This document shows positions 40,648 through 53,618 of a DNA stretch of 64,000 nt, piece after piece. The notes beneath the pieces were generated by a model. It saw only the letters and a program-made list of their open reading frames with translations. It searched no databases and was not told the DNA's origin. How positions within the stretch are numbered: position 1 is the stretch's first letter; each line of letters starts with the position of its first letter. A program made the position numbers and the translations under genes. The DNA is taken from the NCBI GenBank assembly GCA_951406725.2, contig OX597817.1, positions 154,380,001 to 154,444,000 on the forward strand, written 5' to 3'. Source of the DNA: Octopus vulgaris. Its lineage: Eukaryota.

Positions 40648-41029
40648 GGAGGCGCAATGGCCCAGTGGTTAGGGCAGCGGACTCGCGGTCATAGGATCGC
40701 GGTTTCGATTCCCAGACCGGGCGTTGTGAGTGTTTATTGACGAAAACACCTAAAAGCTCCACGAGGCTCCGGCAGGGGATGGTGGTGTTCCCTGCTGTAC
40801 TCTTTCACCGCAACTTTCTCTCACTCTTACTTCCTGTTTAAGTACCTGTATTTCAAAGGGCCGGCCTTGTCACTCTCTGTGTCACGCTGAATATCCCCGA
40901 GAACTACGTTAAGGGTACACGTGTCTGTGGAGTGCTCAGCCACTTACACGTTAATTTCACGAGCAGGCTGTTCCGTTGATTCGGATCAACCGGAACCCTC
41001 ATCGTCGTAACCGACGGAGTGCTTCCACA
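40648..41029 (+). mobile_element. SINE family A
   Basis: TSD ctttggtatgt. Confidence 0.9.
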
Positions 41030-41315
41030 CTTTGGTATGTACGCGACAAAGAGAATAAGAGAATCTATTTTTCAATCACGCACACACGCCAGTTCACCAG
41101 CACACACAAGCTCATACGCATTCACATACGCACACGCATTCACATACACACTTAAACACATCCATTCATATTCCGACACACACACATACATGTATATGCA
41201 CATAAGCACACACAAACCGTGAGCTGAAATAAACGGAGCATATCATGCCAGAAAAGTTTTCACTTTTTTATCTTCATTTCTTTTGTCCCTCCCCACACAG
41301 AAATTACACACACGC

Positions 41316-41944
41316 CTACTGGCAGAAACGTTAGCACGCCGGGCTAAAGGCTTAACGGAATTTCTTCTGTCGTTATGTTCTGAGTCCAAATTCCGCCGAG
41401 GTCGACTTTGCCTTTCATCCTTTCGGAGTCGACAAATTAAGTACCAGTTACGCACTGGGGTCGATGTAATCGACTAAATCCGTTTGTCTGTCCTTGTTTG
41501 TCCTCCACTGTGTTTAGCCCCTTGTGGGTAGTAAAGAAATAGGTATTTCGTCTGCCGTTACGTTGTGAGTTCAAATTCCGCCGAGGTCGACTTTGCCTTT
41601 CATCCTTTCGGGGTCGATAAATTAAGTACCTAATTCTTTATTACCCACAAGGGGCTAAACACAGCGGGGACAAACAAGGACAGACATAGGTATTAAGTCG
41701 ATTACATCGACCCCAGTGCGTAACTGGTACTTAATTTATCGACCCCGAAAGGATGAAAGGCAAAGTCGACCTCGGCGGAATTTGAACTCAGAACGTAACG
41801 GCAGACGAAATACCGCTAAGCATTTCGCCCGGCGTGCTAACGTTTCTGCCAGGTCGCACTGGGGTCGATATAATCGACTTAATCCCTTTGTCTGTCCTTG
41901 TTTGTCCCCTCTATGTTTAGCCCTTTGTGGGCAATAAAGAAATA
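41316..41944 (+). mobile_element. SINE C dimer with an inverted SINE C nested at about 41631-41850
   Basis: 17-bp TSD agaaattacacacacgc (41299 and 41945). Confidence 0.85.
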
Positions 41945-42711
41945 AGAAATTACACACACGCACACACACGCACACACACGTGTGTGTGTGTGCGTATTCT
42001 TATTTTGCAAATTTATCAATTTGCATTTATTGTCCACATACTTAATAAGCTACGTGTATTTGTTTATATAGTCTTTTTTGTGAGTAACACAACTATTTGA
42101 AGCTGTTGAATTCGTTCCACTTTATAGGATTTCTTTTTCTAAATCGTTAGATAGAAGCTCTAACTTATTCGACACAGGCATGAGGTGGTTTGTTTATTTT
42201 TCGTATTTGAACGTTTATTCTGCTGTTTTAGTTTTCCCATAAACTCAACTAATGGTTTTATGTTCATAAATTATGGCGATCAAATTTATTTTCTCCATTT
42301 TCTCTTTGGTATATAAAATCAGTCTATCAATCTTAAATAAATATTGATGCTATGTGTCATCAATATTTATTTGATATACTCTACCTATTTGTATTTACAT
42401 TTATTCCCCTATTACGTATTTTATTTTATATATTCCACTATATTCCACTTTATTTTACAACTTACTCAGTGGTATCATGTATTCAACTTTAGCCTACTTA
42501 CTTATTACACTGCACGTATTGATTGATTTAAATAGAACAAATAATTGGAAGCTACAGATTGAGAATTCAGAAGGGCATCTCTTTGTAAAGGGCTGTGTGC
42601 TATGTTTTGTTTTCGCTTTATTTTTTCAGTGTTAAAGTTACCCTATCAAGTATGTGTATGATGCCTAACATTGCTATGTTCTCCATGTTGTTCATATCTC
42701 TTAGTCCTATA

Positions 42712-43113
42712 CAACTCTCTTTTACTCTTTACTTTTTTACTCTTTTACATGTTTCAGTCATTTGACTGCGGCCATGATGGAGCACCGCCTTTAGTCGAAC
42801 AACTCGACCCCGGGACTTATTCTTTTGCAAGCCCAGTACTTATTTTATCGGTCTCTTTTGCCGAACCGCTAAGTGACGGGGACGTAAACACACCAGCACC
42901 GGTTGTCAAGCAATGAAAGGGGGACAAACACAGACACACAAACACACATATATATACATATATACGACAGGCTTCTTTCAGTTTCCGTCTACCAAATCCA
43001 CTCACAAGGCATTGGTCGGCCCGGGCCTATAGCAGAAGACACTTGCCCAAGATGCCACGCAGTGACTTTTGGACTGAACCCGGAACCATGTGGTTGGTTA
43101 GCAAGCTACTTAC
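42712..43113 (-). mobile_element. SINE family B, interrupted (continues at 45034-45071)
   Basis: Head split by a 1.9-kb insertion with a 17-bp TSD. Confidence 0.88.
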
Positions 43114-45033
43114 TATATCGTCCTCGAAATAGCTTGTGCCCGCGCCCTCCACCATCAACCACGCCTCCCTCAGAACGTAGTCAAGTTCCGAGTTCGCGTC
43201 GCCCGGGACCAAGTTGTAATCTTCATTGAGCTCCTTTAGCCCTAGCGTCACGTCGAACGCCACGGCCTCCACAGCTACCTGCGGAGGCCATTCGGGGTCC
43301 TGTGTGAAGGCTAAAGGTGCTCCCTTGTAGTGCTCTTCCATCACTTTTTCAATTTCTCCTCCTCTATAGAAGAGGACCAATACATTCAGTTCTTTCGTTG
43401 GCGGCACAGTTTCCGCCAACGGTATTCCTTCTCTTGTCGGTGGCACAACCCCAACCGACGTAGTTCCGCGACATTCCGGTGCTACACTAACAGCCGGTAA
43501 TGTCCCGTTTTTCTTCCTCTTTTTCTTTTTTTTCCCTTTTCAACTGAGGGAGGGTGCGTCTCCTCCGTGGCTGGAAGATTCGCCTTCCTCTCCTTATCCC
43601 TATTATCCTTTGGTGAGCACCCATTGTTGCTCACCTTCCTCTTTCGGCCTCTGTTTGAGGAGTCCTCTGCTTTCTCGGCCGTTATCGTTCCCTCTTCTAG
43701 AGGGGTTTTACTTAACTGTTCCGGGATCCTATTTTGTTCCCGAGGACAGTTCTTTTTATGTGGCCGGATTCCAAGCACCGATGACACTTAGGGGGGCGAC
43801 CCTCAAGCATCACCGGGTACCTGCACCCGGCCATTTTCAAAAAATCTGGAAGAACCAGATTGGCTGATTGGGTCCACAGGGTCAAAATTGATTTTGACCC
43901 AACCCAAGCAGCCGCAGGAAGAACTTTTACATTGAGGAGCTTAGTTTCGTTGTCACCCAGACCCCGGCGGATAGTCTCCTCTATCCATTCGGGTTCTATG
44001 TCGGGTGGCAGTCCGCAGATCCAAGCTTTCATCAATTTCTTTTTTTTGTACGTGGGCAGGAATAAGATTTCCTTACCCTCCAAGGGTTTGCTAGCAAATT
44101 TGCAAGCCTCTTCAGGGGTGTCAAATAGCAACCACACCGTTGCATATTTGACACCCCTGGATATGAATTTAATTGTTGGCAAATACTCTTCCAACTCCTT
44201 TTCAATTGCCGTCTTTTCGAATAGGGCGATGGTGTCAAGTGCCTTGGAGTAGGTTCTCAACACCACCGTCCTATCTTCACGGTCTTTTAACCACTTTTTA
44301 GGTGGTATGATTTCCCACTCCAAAATTTTGTTATTTTTCATTGCCATGTTTTTTTTAAAATATATTCAAATTAAACTCAAAAGCAGGAAGAAAAAAGTTC
44401 AAAAGTCCAAATAAAATTTGATAGATTTTTGAAAAAACAAAAAGGAGAAAGCACAACAGAAGGGAAGAAATTAACGGAAAGTCGCAATAAAGAAAAAAAG
44501 AACAAAAGGGGGGTTAAATGAAGTTCAAAAGAAAGTTAATAAACAGAAAAAACACAGCAAAAATATTCTGGCCTTGCGGTACTCCCGGCCTGGGTTGAAC
44601 CTGGAACGCCGCAACTGCAACACAACCTCCACAAAAATGGGTCCGAAAGGTAATCCAATAGTGGCTTATTTTTATAATTTTCTTGCGAAGTACTCTGACA
44701 AGGGAATAAATTCAACAAACCCAAACACAGCACTGGCTACCGCCAACGGTAATTTTAACAGTAACTGTATTGAATTCTGAGGATACGCCCCTCCACTGTT
44801 TTTTCTTTTTTCTTTCAATGAACACAAAAACGGCAGCCGCCGAGAGCAGGCGAAATTGTCTCAGAGTTGGACACAACCTACTGAAATAATAATTGGCACG
44901 CAATAAATTATGCCCAACTCACAATAAACAAAATCACTTTCCGTTTTTGGTCTTTTTTCTTTAATTGGACAGAGCTGATTGACTCGCGTCTACTCTGGCT
45001 GAACAGGAAGCAGCTGACTAATTGCGCATGTGC
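43114..45033 (-). mobile_element. L1/Tx1-type element carrying only a 5' UTR and ORF1 (RRM + CCHC knuckle, 2 frameshifts)
   Basis: ORF pieces 44347-43712, 43787-43482 and 43446-43114; CHRCLESGHIK/NC knuckle; 17-bp TSD gttagcaagctacttac. Confidence 0.85.
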
Positions 45034-45469
45034 GTTAGCAAGCTACTTACCACACAGCCACTCCTGCGCCTGTTTGCATTTTTTCTCATTCCCGAAGCAC
45101 CTGTTATTAAAGTGATGATTGTTTCTAATTTTATGCTCAACATTCTGGTTATCTCTATTTCCAGATCTTTATATTTAGATAATTTCTCTGTCTCTTTTAG
45201 AAATACATTATCATTTGTTCAGACTGATAGCTTGATTGTCATCATCGTCATCATCATTATTATTATTATTATGTTTGGCTTTTGCTTTGTATTTTTACAA
45301 GTTGACTCCATGTCTCACCCAGAGACCTCAAGATACAAGTTAGAAGTTCAACTTATGATTAGGGTGCTATATTTTCTGGATATCGACCGACTGGAGCCGG
45401 ACCAGAATCTCTGAGCCTCCTGGTGGAACACTGTCACCATCATTGGCTTCAGTTTCATTACCACCGTTC

Positions 45470-45873
45470 TTTCATTCTTTCACTTGTTTCAGTCATTTGA
45501 CTGGGGCCATGCTGGAGCACCGCCTTTAGTCGAGCAAATCGACCCCGGGACTTATTCTTTGTAAGCCCAGTACTTATTCTATCGGTCTCTTTTTGCCGAA
45601 CCGCTAAGTGACGGGGACGTAAACACAGCAGCATCGGTTGTCAAGCAATGCTAGGGGGACAAACACAGACACACAAACACACACGCATACACATATATAT
45701 ACATATATACGACGGGCATCTTTCAGTTTCCGTCTACCAAATCCACTCACAAGGCATTGCTCGGCCCGGGGCTATAGCAGAAGACACTTGCCCAAGATGC
45801 CACGCAGTGGGACTGAACCCGGAACCATGTGGTTGGTTATCAAGCTACTTACCACACAGCCACTCCTGCGCCT
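45470..45873 (-). mobile_element. SINE family B
   Basis: Full-length reverse-complement copy. Confidence 0.88.
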
Positions 45874-46011
45874 ATTCACAATATTTTGTTTTTTCATTGT
45901 CACTCATATGAGGTAGCGATTATTATGTTATGCAATTACCAGTGTTTTTATTGTGACACCATCACCAGATGTATCATTAATCAATCCATAGGAGGCTCCA
46001 CTCGTTTCCTT

Positions 46012-46051
<40 letters not shown>

Positions 46052-46261
46052 CATCATCATCATCTTCATCATCATCATTATCATCACTGATTTCACTGAT
46101 ATTATTGTTTTCATGTGTAGTAGTAGCAGCAGTGGTTGCAGCAACAGCAACAGTAGCAGGGGTGAGGATAGTGGTAAGAGTGGTAGTTGGGCTTCAGATT
46201 CCTGTGCTATCATAATAGTAGTATTTGTAGTATTAGCTGCTGCAGCATATTATTATTATTA

Positions 46262-46335
<74 letters not shown>

Positions 46336-46338
<3 letters not shown>

Positions 46339-48133
46339 TAGTTTTATTTTTATAGCGTGCTTTCACTTCACTACCGAGCGCAGCTCTGTGTGCCTTGGGT
46401 ATGTGCTGTGATTTGTTGTGATGCTCTGATGGTTATTGTATGGAAAGTGTTCTGCGTAGGATGTGTGCAGTGCCTAGTAGTGCAATTTTCTGTATGTTAT
46501 ATGTGTTTGTAAGTCCTGGTGTTTTTGTTATGTATTTGTCTGAATATTTTTTTATCATGCCTAATGCACCTACTATGATAGGGATTGTTTCTGTTTTTAG
46601 ATTCCACATTCGAGTTACCTCTGTTTCCAGGTCTTTGTATTTTGAGAGTTTCTCCATTTCTTTTAGAGACACGTTGTCATCTGCCGGTATTGATACATCA
46701 ATTAGAAAGCATTTTTTTCTTCATGATCTCTGACAACTATATCTGGTCTGTTGGCCTTAATTTCTCTATCTGTGTGTATCGGCATATCCCAGAGTATGGT
46801 TGCTTTCTCGTTTTCTGTGACCTTTTCTGGTGTGTGCCTATACCATCTTTTTTTCTGTTGTTATTCCATAATGTTGGCATAGCTTCCAATGTATGTAGGT
46901 TCCAACTCTGTCATGTCTGTGAATATATTCCTTCTTAGCCAGGACTAGGCAGCTAGAGATAATATGATTTATTGTTTCTTGTCCATCTCCACATATTCTG
47001 CAGTTACTTGTAATATTTCTTTTCATTACATGTTTTTGGTAATTTCTGGTGGGGAGGCTTTGGTCTTGTGCTGCAATTAAAAATCCCTCTGTTTCTGCTT
47101 TGAGTCCTGAGCTTCTCAACCATTGCTGGGATTTTTCTTTGTCTATTTCTTTTGCGTTTAGTTTAGTGCAGTATTTACCATGAAGGGGCTTTTCTTGCCA
47201 TCGTTTTATCATGGTTCGTTGCTGTTCTATTTTTAGTTTGGATTTCATTTGTTTTATAGCTTTTGTTGTTTCTTCATCATCTTCTTCTTCTTCTTCTTCG
47301 TGTTTATTAGGTGGTATGATTTCTTGTTTGTATTTGTCAGCTTCCTTAAATACTGAGAACAGTTTTTTGTTTTGCTCGTGTTTTGCTGCTATCTGGATCA
47401 GTTTTCCTTCGTTCTGAAGTAGGTATTTTTGCAGTCCTATGGTGGTTATTTTATAGTAGTTTTCCAGCTGTATAAGGCCTCTACCACCTTCTATACGTTG
47501 TATATAGAGTCTTTCTATGTCAGATTTTGGGTGATGCATCCTAGATCCTGTCAGTATTTTTCTTGTTTTCCTATCTATTTTGGACAGTTCATTTCGTGTC
47601 CAGTTAAGGATATTGTAGCTGTAACTTATAACTGGGACAGCTAAAGTGTTGATACCTATTATCTTGTTTTTAGCATTGAGCTCTGTTTTTAGTATTGATC
47701 TAACTCGTCTATAATATTCTTTTTTTATTTTCTCTTTCATTTGTGTGTGTTGTGTCTTATCTAGTTCATGGATTCCTAAGTATTTGTAAGTTTGGCTTTG
47801 GTCTAATTCTTTTATTTCATTGGTTTTATCTAGTGTGATGTTGTTACTCTTAACTAGTTTTCCTCTTTTCATGGTTACTTTGGCGCATTTTTCTAATCCA
47901 AATTTCATATCTATTTCTTTGGTAAATCCATGAACTGTCTTTAATAGTGTTTCCAGCTGTTTGTCATTTGCAGCGTATAGTTTTAGGTCATCCATATATA
48001 AAAGGTGGCTGATCGTTTTGCCGTAACATTTATATCCGCATCCAGTTCTATTTAGCATATCAGATAGAGGTGACAGTGCCAAGCAGAAAAGGAGTGGAGA
48101 GAGCGTGTCTCCCTGGAATATTCCAGGGAGACA
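46336..48133 (-). mobile_element. R4/Dong-like RLE LINE (RT domains B-E, CCHC, RLE), young, 5' truncated, in (ATT)n
   Basis: GIFQGDTLSP, HLLYMDDLKLY, YKYLG, CRICGDGQETINHIISSC, RHD, KYKDL; 414-aa open stretch plus one frameshift. Confidence 0.95.
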
Positions 48134-48136
48134 TTA

Positions 48137-48194
<58 letters not shown>

Positions 48195-48209
48195 CATTAT
48201 TATTATTAT

Positions 48210-48836
48210 GGTTTTTCCTTCTTTCTTCAAATCTTCTTCCGTTTCTCGCCGAGTGTTTTCCATACACCTAGAGCAGAGAAGGGAATTGTATGTATTCCCA
48301 GATTACACGCGCAAATTCACAGATAAAATATGTATTTAAAAATTAATAAATAAATAAATTCATGGATGGATGTTATTTTCACAGCGATAGTGCTCTTCTC
48401 AGTACATGAGCCGTTCCAGTTAATACGATTTTTTGCACTTCATCTAGGGATGGTAAGCCTAGAATCATTTTCAAATAGGTTTCAGTACCCTGTTTTATCA
48501 TTCCTAGAGATCTTACAATCACTAGTACTGTAGTCGCCTTGAGATGCCACATTTTTTCAATTTCTATTAGCAGGTCTTTATATTTACTAATCTTGTCAAA
48601 TTCTTTCGCCGCTATATTGTGATCACAGGGAATAATCATGTCAATTAATAAACACATCCTTTTTGTCTGATCTTTTATAATAATATCCGGTTTATTAGCT
48701 TTTATAGTCCTGTCGGTCTGCACGGGGAAGTCCCATAGAATCGACACATTTTCTCCCTCAGTCACAGCTTCAGGATGATGTTTATACCATTTGTCAGCGG
48801 TTTTGATTTTATAATGCCGACATATTGTCCAATGTA
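48210..48836 (-). mobile_element. R4/Dong-like RLE LINE 3' fragment in (ATT)n directly upstream of the exon
   Basis: IHWTICRHY...WDFPVQTD..KPDIII...KYKDL...HVLRRALSL*. Confidence 0.92.
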
Positions 48837-48918
<82 letters not shown>

Positions 48919-48922
48919 GCAG

Positions 48923-49098
48923 AAGCTCGTACCGTGTATGTTTGTGGACAACTAGCTTATAGTGTGGGCATGGTTGTTATAGCGTTGTCCAGACACCCGA
49001 TAACGGTCATTCTGATGTCTCCCTCAGCTGGAATCATGTACTCTACACTATTTACGATGCCTTATCTTTTGGTGGCACATTATCACACAACAGGACAA
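48923..49098 (+). CDS. SLC45A: SLC45-family transporter, next coding exon (about TM9-TM10)
   Basis: TGCAG acceptor at 48918-48922; encodes ARTVYVCGQLAYSVGMVVIALSRHPITVILMSPSAGIMYSTLFTMPYLLVAHYHTTGQ (SLC45 G-x-MYSTLFTMPY motif); donor GTGAGT at 49099 (phase 0). Confidence 0.93.
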
Positions 49099-49444
49099 GT
49101 GAGTATTAAACATTATCTTCTATAATTCATATTTTTTTACTCTGCGGTTATGTCTATAACAGTCAGTATTTAATTTTCTCCATGATGTAAATAAGAGGGC
49201 GCTAGCTTTCATAAATCTTAATCTCAGTATTATTTGTCATTGGTTTTGAGGAAGGTTTCTCGTATTTCCTATAAGATTACTCCAAAATTATAATTCACAT
49301 GATATCAATTATTTAAGATATTAAAATTATGTATTTATAATATATAACATCCATAGACAAGTCCTATATAGCTAATCCTAACATCAAAATTTCTTTCTTA
49401 AAGTATTTATTGATTTGGAGACCAAAACATGCCTTAGACATATC

Positions 49445-49713
<269 letters not shown>

Positions 49714-49875
49714 CACACACACACATATGAATGAGTGGGCAAACGAACCAAAGGTCACTCAACGCATTTATTGGGAATTACATGTATTATTCTGAACAGA
49801 TTCGGATTATTAGCCTGATGAGAAAGGGCCTTCTTAGCATGAAGTAGCACGGAATCCGAATGAAACTTTTAAATG

Positions 49876-49910
<35 letters not shown>

Positions 49911-50203
49911 TAAAAACAGTTCAAATACTAAGAAATAAGCATACTCGTTTTATACCAAATAATATAGGAAAATGAATCGGTTATTTCCCTTGGCTGTTAA
50001 AATAAAATATATTAGTAATATATAAGGATCCCTTCCAGGGGCCCTTTTATCGATTTCAACAATCTGAGTATGCCATGATGTTTCCAGACAAGAGTTCTAC
50101 TCACATATCAAGTTTCATCAAAATCGATAAAACGATGTAGGAGGAGTTAGCTAAAGACTCCTCAAATAAACACACCCACAGATAGAATTTCCTACATATG
50201 TAG

Positions 50204-50250
<47 letters not shown>

Positions 50251-50668
50251 ACAAAATAACTAAATAGATAAATATATTATATGAAATTATAAATGTTTCT
50301 CTGAACTCGAGACTCTTCTGATAAGCGAAATTTTATAGACAACTTCCAGTGATGGTGTTCATTAAATGAATATATTATATAAAAGGATGTGATGTGTGAC
50401 CTCGGTCCCAAAAATTTATATTGATTAAATAAAGTGGCATATATGTAAGCATTCTAAGTTTGTTTTTCTCTTTTTGAAATAATATATTATATATATATAC
50501 ACGCAACAGACATTTTGGGATGCAACGTTGTTATCAGTTCGAATATGCCAGTGGCAAGTTCGAACTCGTAAACAAGCCATTTACTGTGTTTTGCCATGGA
50601 GAAAATTTCTCGCTGTAGACAAATTGTGTACATACATTTAAAACAGTTCGCAGTGCCACCTATCCAGA

Positions 50669-50716
50669 CTGTGAGATACAAGCATTTCAGAGTGGTTGTC
50701 TCCTCCTCAGTTACAG
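50669..50716 (-). ncRNA. Type I hammerhead ribozyme (Penelope-like)
   Basis: Minus strand reads ctgtaa-CTGAGGA-ggag(acaacca)ctct-GAAA-tgc(tt)gta-TC^-tcacag; core intact, one mismatch in stem I. Confidence 0.75.
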
Positions 50717-51491
50717 AAATCGGAGCGGGGCGCTGTTAGGTGATAAGAGAGACAGTCTCTCGTGTGGAAATAACTACTCCGAAATGCTTGCGAAATCTCT
50801 TTGAGACTGAAATTTTGTTATTTAGTTCATTCATCCTTTATTTTTTTTTCTACATGTTTCAATAATTAGATTTCGTCGATGCTGCGTCACCACCTTGAAG
50901 GGTCTAAGTCGAGCAAATTTCCCACAGCTCTTTATTTTAAGTCTGGTTCTAATCCCATCGGTCTCTCTTTACGAAATATGAACTTACAGAGATGTAAACA
51001 AACTAACACTTGTTGCCAAGCGGTCTGAGGAGGACAAACAGAGAGAAAGGCACACACACACATACACACACACACAGACGACGGCTACCACACAGTTTCG
51101 TTCACCAAATTCATTCACAAAGGCGTTGGACGACTCGGCGCTATAGTAGAAGGCACCCGCCCAAAATGCCACACAGTAAAAGTGAAAATATTTTGTATTG
51201 ACAAACCAAGTATTATCAACTCTTACAAAACACATCAGAGTTGACCCAGATTTGTTAACACAAAAGATAATATAAATTGGTAATTCCCATGTGTAAAGGT
51301 AAATTGGTATTTCCCATGTGTAAAGGTAAATTGAATAATGATATGGCGCAAATATGGCTGTATGATTAAGAAGCTTACTTTGCAACAGCGTGGTTCTGTG
51401 TTCAGTCCCACTGCGCAGCACCTTGGGCAAGTATCTCATACTATAACTTTGGTCCGACCAATAACCAGGTGAGTGCATTTGAAAGACGGAA

Positions 51492-51722
51492 AGGCGGCGA
51501 GCTGGCAGAAACGTTAGCACGTCGGGCGAAATGCTTAGCGGTATTTCGTCTGCCGTTACGTTGTGAGTTCAAATTCCGCTGAGGTCGACTTTACCTTTCA
51601 TCCATTCGGGGTCGATAAATTAAGTACCAGTTACGCACTGGGGTCGATGTAATCGACTTAATACCTATGTCTGTCCTTGTTTGTCCCTTCTATGTTTAGC
51701 CCCTTGTAGGTAATAAAGAAAT
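51492..51722 (+). mobile_element. SINE family C inserted in a diverged SINE B
   Basis: Full copy; SINE B halves on either side. Confidence 0.85.
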
Positions 51723-53189
51723 GGGAAACTGAGTGGAAGCCGATCGTATATATGTGTGTTTGTCAGAGAGAGAGAGAGAGTGCACATGTGCGTATGTGTG
51801 AGAGAGTGTGTACATGAGTGTGAATTTGTGTTTGTCCACCACCACCACCATCACCACCACCGCCTGACAACCGATGCTGATTTGCTTCCGTCTCCGTAAT
51901 TTAGTAGTTTGGAATTATTACTATTGTTAAGTTGTCGGACTGGCTGAATCGACAGGTCACCGGTCGAAATGCTTAGCAGCATTTCGCCCGTCTTTATGTT
52001 CTGGGTTAATATTTCGCTGAGATCAGTTTTTCATTTCGTCCTTTCGGGTTCGATAAAATAAGTACCAATTGAGCACTAGGGTCGATATGATCGACTTAAT
52101 CCCCCTCTCTCAAAATTGCTGGCCCTCTGCCAAAATTTGAAACCATTATTATTATTATTATTATTATAAGACGTCGAGTTGGCAGAATCGTTAGGACAAA
52201 GTGCTTAGTGGCATTTCGTCCATCTTTACGGTGGGTTCAAATTCCGCCGTGACCGACTATGCCTTTTATCTTTTCAGGGTCGATAAGTACCTTGAATTTT
52301 TCTAGTAGTGCGGCTCACATAGTGAACCCTGTCTCATGCGACCCGCTTCTTGAAAAAAGTTTGTGCATGCCTGGTATATAGATTAATAATTTATTTTCTT
52401 TAAAATATGCAACAAAAGTTGTCAGAATATTGCGTTTTTTATTTTTTGTTTTGTTTTTTGCTGTTGTTGTTGCTCTTGTCCTTGTTTACGTTCAAGACAT
52501 CCAGTTAATATACAGTTACTATGTTCTTTATTGAAGGTGAACTACAAGTAAATCACTTGATTCCATTCATCAGCTACGTGTAGGTGGCGTTGTTTTTCGT
52601 TTCATTCTCTTGCGCGCGCAGGATGCTCTAGTACTTAGCTTATAACGTTCTTTATTCTTCTTCTTTTTTTTCTCAAGAATATGCTTCACCTGAATGTTCA
52701 TGTCTAAATAACAAAGAACTTCGCCGAATATACTGAGAATAACCACAAAACAGTATCAGACTTTCAAATAAATATATATTAAAAAAAATCGATAAAATAC
52801 TGGCCATGTTTTCTATTCATTTCAAATATGGTAAACCAATTAAGAGGATGTCTTGGCAACTACTGTAACCTACTTGTTTACAATTATAGAAACATATGAT
52901 AACAGAAACACCGCGGTTACAGATATGACGTTTGTCTTACTTATTATAATAACAGAAAGGGTTATAAAGAGCTACAGGCTACACGCCTTACCCCTTCAAG
53001 ATGCTTTGATTCATGTTAGCGTTACTCCTTCATTTTGCCTGATATTGTATTTCCTGCCTTCGAGCTCAGTGAAATAATTACCAGTTATATACAATTCTTA
53101 CGGTAATAAAGTGCATGCAGAATGCATATACGCATAAAAAGGCTCATGTACGTATACATACACACACACTCTCACACACATACACATCA

Positions 53190-53574
53190 CGTGTGGTAAG
53201 TAGCTTGCTAACCAACCACATGGTTCCGGGTTCAATCCCACTGCGTGGCATCTTGGGCAAGTGTCTTCTGCTATAGCCCCGGGCCGACCAATGCCTTGTG
53301 AGTGGATTTAGTAGACGGAAACTGAAAGAAGCCTGTCGTATATATCTATATATATATATGTGTGTGTGTGTTTGTATGTCTGTGTTTGTCCCCCTAGCAT
53401 TGCTTGACAACTGATGCTGGTGTGTTTACGTCCCCCGTCACTTAGCGGTTCGGCAAAAGAGATCGATAGAATAAGTACTGGGCTTACAAAGAATAAGTCC
53501 TGGGGTCGATTTGCTCGACTAAAGGCGGTGCTCCAGCATGGCCGCAGTCAAATGACTGAAACAAGTAAAAGAGA

Positions 53575-53576
<2 letters not shown>
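53190..53576 (+). mobile_element. SINE family B
   Basis: Near full-length copy. Confidence 0.88.

Positions 53577-53614
<38 letters not shown>

Positions 53615-53618
<4 letters not shown>

Larger units (their letters stand above)
15434..48922 (+). other. 33,489-bp phase-1 GT-AG intron of the SLC45 gene
   Basis: Joining 15433 to 48923 reads ERLVKKF-K-ARTVYVCG with no frameshift; no other SLC45-like exon was seen in between. Confidence 0.88.

Noticed and set aside
49800-49866. CTGATGA within a short inverted repeat
   Set aside because: No GAAA directly after a stem II and no stem III/UH, so not a hammerhead.
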